A stretch of DNA of 64,000 nucleotides from positions 2,837,044 to 2,901,043 of the forward strand of contig OZ242272.1 of assembly GCA_965207135.1 (NCBI GenBank), written 5' to 3'. The notes beneath the pieces were generated by a model. It saw nothing but the letters and a program-made list of their open reading frames with translations, searched no databases and had not been told where the DNA came from. The position numbers and the translations under genes were made by a program. How positions within the stretch are numbered: position 1 is the first letter of the stretch; each line of letters starts with the position of its first letter. Shown here in pieces: positions 62,218 to 64,000 of this stretch. Source of the stretch: Chloroflexota bacterium. Lineage in GTDB: Bacteria > Chloroflexota > UBA11872 > VXOZ01.

Positions 62218-63633
62218 ATGGCAGAATCCTCATACGATGTCGTGATTATCGGCGGTGGGCCGGGAGGCTATCCGGCCGCTATTCGCGGCACGCAGCTTGG
62301 GCTGAAGATAGCGGTGGTAGAGAAAGAAAAGCTCGGCGGCATTTGTCTCCACAAGGGCTGCATCCCAACGAAGGCGCTACTCGAATCTGCCGAGCACTTG
62401 CACCACGCCCGCGACGAAAGCGAATCATTCGGTATCATCGCCCCGGATGTCTCTTTCGACTACGCCAAGGTGCTCGCCCGCAAGTCTCAGGTGATAGGGC
62501 AACTCCACAAAGGCGTCCAGGGCCTATTGAAGAGAAATAAGATAGATGTCTACTTCGGCACCGGATCCTTAACGTCTCCGCAATCGGTGCACGTAGCGAG
62601 CAGTGACGGCGGCCATGACCTCCGCGCGACAAACGTCATCATCGCGACGGGCTCGCGCCCGCGCAGCCTGCCCGGGCTGGAAATTGACGGCAAGGCCGTG
62701 ATTAGCAGTGACCACGCACTCGAACTAACGACACTGCCGGATTCCGCCATCATCCTGGGGGCGGGGGCGGTTGGCGTGGAGTGGGCTAGCCTGCTCCATG
62801 ACTTCGGCGTGTCGGTGACGGTCGTTGAGGTCATGCCTACGCTGGTGCCGCTGGAAGACGCGGACATCGGCAAAGAACTCGGCCGGTCTTTCAAGCGGCG
62901 CGGCATCACGGTCAAGACCGACGCAAAGCTAATCGTTGACAGTGTAAAATCCACTCAGGATTCTGTTTCAGCCGCCATTGAAACGCAAGGCAAGCTGGAG
63001 TCCCTGCAAGCAGAAAAGCTGCTGGTTGCAGTGGGGCGTGCCGGCAATATCGAAGACGTGGGACTGGAAACTGTCGGTGTGACCGCGGAGCGGGGCGTCA
63101 TTCCAGTTGACGGATACGGCCGCACGAATGTACCGCACGTCTACGCGATTGGCGACGTCGCCGGCGGATACTTGCTGGCCCACAAAGCCACTGCCGAAGG
63201 GCACGCCGCCGTGGAACACATCGCCGGCGAGGAGGCATTCCCGCTCGATCCTACGCGGGTGCCGCGTGCCACGTACTGCCGCCCTGAAATCGCCAGCATC
63301 GGTCTCACGGAGAAAGAGGCGGGCGAGCAAGGCAGAGACGTGCAGATCGGTCGTTTTCCCTTTGCCGCGCTAGGCAAAGCGCTGATAAAGGGACAGACGG
63401 AGGGCTTTGTGAAGATGATTTGCGACGCGAAAACGGGTGAAATCCTGGGAACCCATGTCATCGGCCCCAATGCGACCGACATCGTCGCTGAGATGGGACT
63501 GGCCCAACTCTTGGAGGCAACTCCGCTGGAAGTCGGCCTCAACATGCATCCCCATCCGACGCTGGCGGAAGCAATCATGGAAGCATCTTGGGACGTGAAC
63601 CGCCGTGCGGTCCACGTATTCCGCAGACGCTAG
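62218..63633 (+). CDS. lpdA: Dihydrolipoyl dehydrogenase (E3)
   Basis: FAD motif VVIIGGGPGGY, redox disulfide GGICLHKGCIPTK, an NAD-binding GAGAVGVE motif, and C-terminal HPTLAE. Confidence 0.92.
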   Translation: MAESSYDVVIIGGGPGGYPAAIRGTQLGLKIAVVEKEKLGGICLHKGCIPTKALLESAEHLHHARDESESFGIIAPDVSFDYAKVLARKSQVIGQLHKGVQGLLKRNKIDVYFGTGSLTSPQSVHVASSDGGHDLRATNVIIATGSRPRSLPGLEIDGKAVISSDHALELTTLPDSAIILGAGAVGVEWASLLHDFGVSVTVVEVMPTLVPLEDADIGKELGRSFKRRGITVKTDAKLIVDSVKSTQDSVSAAIETQGKLESLQAEKLLVAVGRAGNIEDVGLETVGVTAERGVIPVDGYGRTNVPHVYAIGDVAGGYLLAHKATAEGHAAVEHIAGEEAFPLDPTRVPRATYCRPEIASIGLTEKEAGEQGRDVQIGRFPFAALGKALIKGQTEGFVKMICDAKTGEILGTHVIGPNATDIVAEMGLAQLLEATPLEVGLNMHPHPTLAEAIMEASWDVNRRAVHVFRRR

Positions 63634-63692
63634 CAGCTATGGAGCCTATCTGAAATCGCAATCTTGGAAACGCAGTCTTGGAGCAATTAACT

Positions 63693-64000
63693 ATGGCGAC
63701 AAGTTTTGACGTACGCGACCCAGCCTTCCTCAAGCTCGTGCCGCAAGACGCGGAACTCGAGCGCGTTGCGGGCGGCTTCAAGTTTACCGAAGGGCCGGTC
63801 TGGCGGGACGACACCTTGCTGTTTAGCGATATTCCTAACAACCGGACCGTGCGCTGGCAGGAGTCGGAAGAAGGCTTCTCTGTCTCCACTTATCGCACAC
63901 CTTCGGGCAACACGAACGGCCTGACGCTGGATCGTGAAAGCCGCCTCATCTCATGCGAACACTCAGCGCGCCGCGTGAGCCGCCAAGAAGTTGACGGCAC
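63693..64000 (+). CDS. SMP-30/gluconolactonase/LRE-like protein, N-terminal part; it runs off the window end
   Basis: From ATG 63693 the reading is MATSFDVRDPAFLKLVPQDAELERVAGGFKFTEGPVWRDDTLLFSDIPNNRTVRW, the typical N-terminus of gluconolactonase-family proteins. There is no stop in the window. Confidence 0.55.
   Translation, partial: MATSFDVRDPAFLKLVPQDAELERVAGGFKFTEGPVWRDDTLLFSDIPNNRTVRWQESEEGFSVSTYRTPSGNTNGLTLDRESRLISCEHSARRVSRQEVDG

Overview
This is a high-GC (about 60%+) bacterial chromosomal segment, so most long antisense ORFs in the track are spurious. A conserved core is present: lon, rpsO, secA, rpoB-rpoC, dtd and a pdhA-pdhB-pdhC-lpdA pyruvate dehydrogenase operon. Around it sits an accessory or hydrolytic complement. 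This includes a snapalysin-like metzincin plus a lipoprotein on an AT-richer island, and two M14-like peptidase paralogs. It also includes a CAP-domain secreted protein, a large NHL-repeat secreted protein with an apparent frameshift, and a sulfatase. There are three Gfo/Idh/MocA oxidoreductases (two form a recent tandem duplication), a DegT aminotransferase, a PhyH dioxygenase and a polysaccharide deacetylase. A znuACB-type metal ABC transporter has an extraordinarily long His/Asp/Glu-rich repetitive loop in its binding protein. Four orphan Tat-lipoprotein ABC solute-binding proteins have no cognate permeases. The likely taxon is a Chloroflexota-like lineage. This is an inference from the very long rpoB/rpoC with inserts and the Tat-lipoprotein binding proteins. 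The most unusual locus is a two-gene module at 42638-45756 on the minus strand. A 182-aa unknown protein is translationally coupled to an 851-aa SNF2 helicase. That helicase carries a C-terminal Mrr-type restriction-endonuclease domain, a Zorya ZorD-like architecture, but without ZorA/B motor genes. It sits in a slightly AT-richer patch, so it is a candidate minimal defence or other DNA-targeting system. A second notable point is a DUF1640 coiled-coil/TM paralog inserted between pdhA and pdhB. It carries an in-frame TAG, yet shows a clear synonymous-substitution signature of selection on both sides of the stop. Three families of short intergenic palindromic (REP-like) repeats are present. rpoB carries a roughly 455-aa lower-GC insertion made of four tandem ~125-aa modules. 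An orphan intrinsic terminator lies in a 1-kb ORF-poor region. No rRNA, tRNA, CRISPR array or transposase was recognised.
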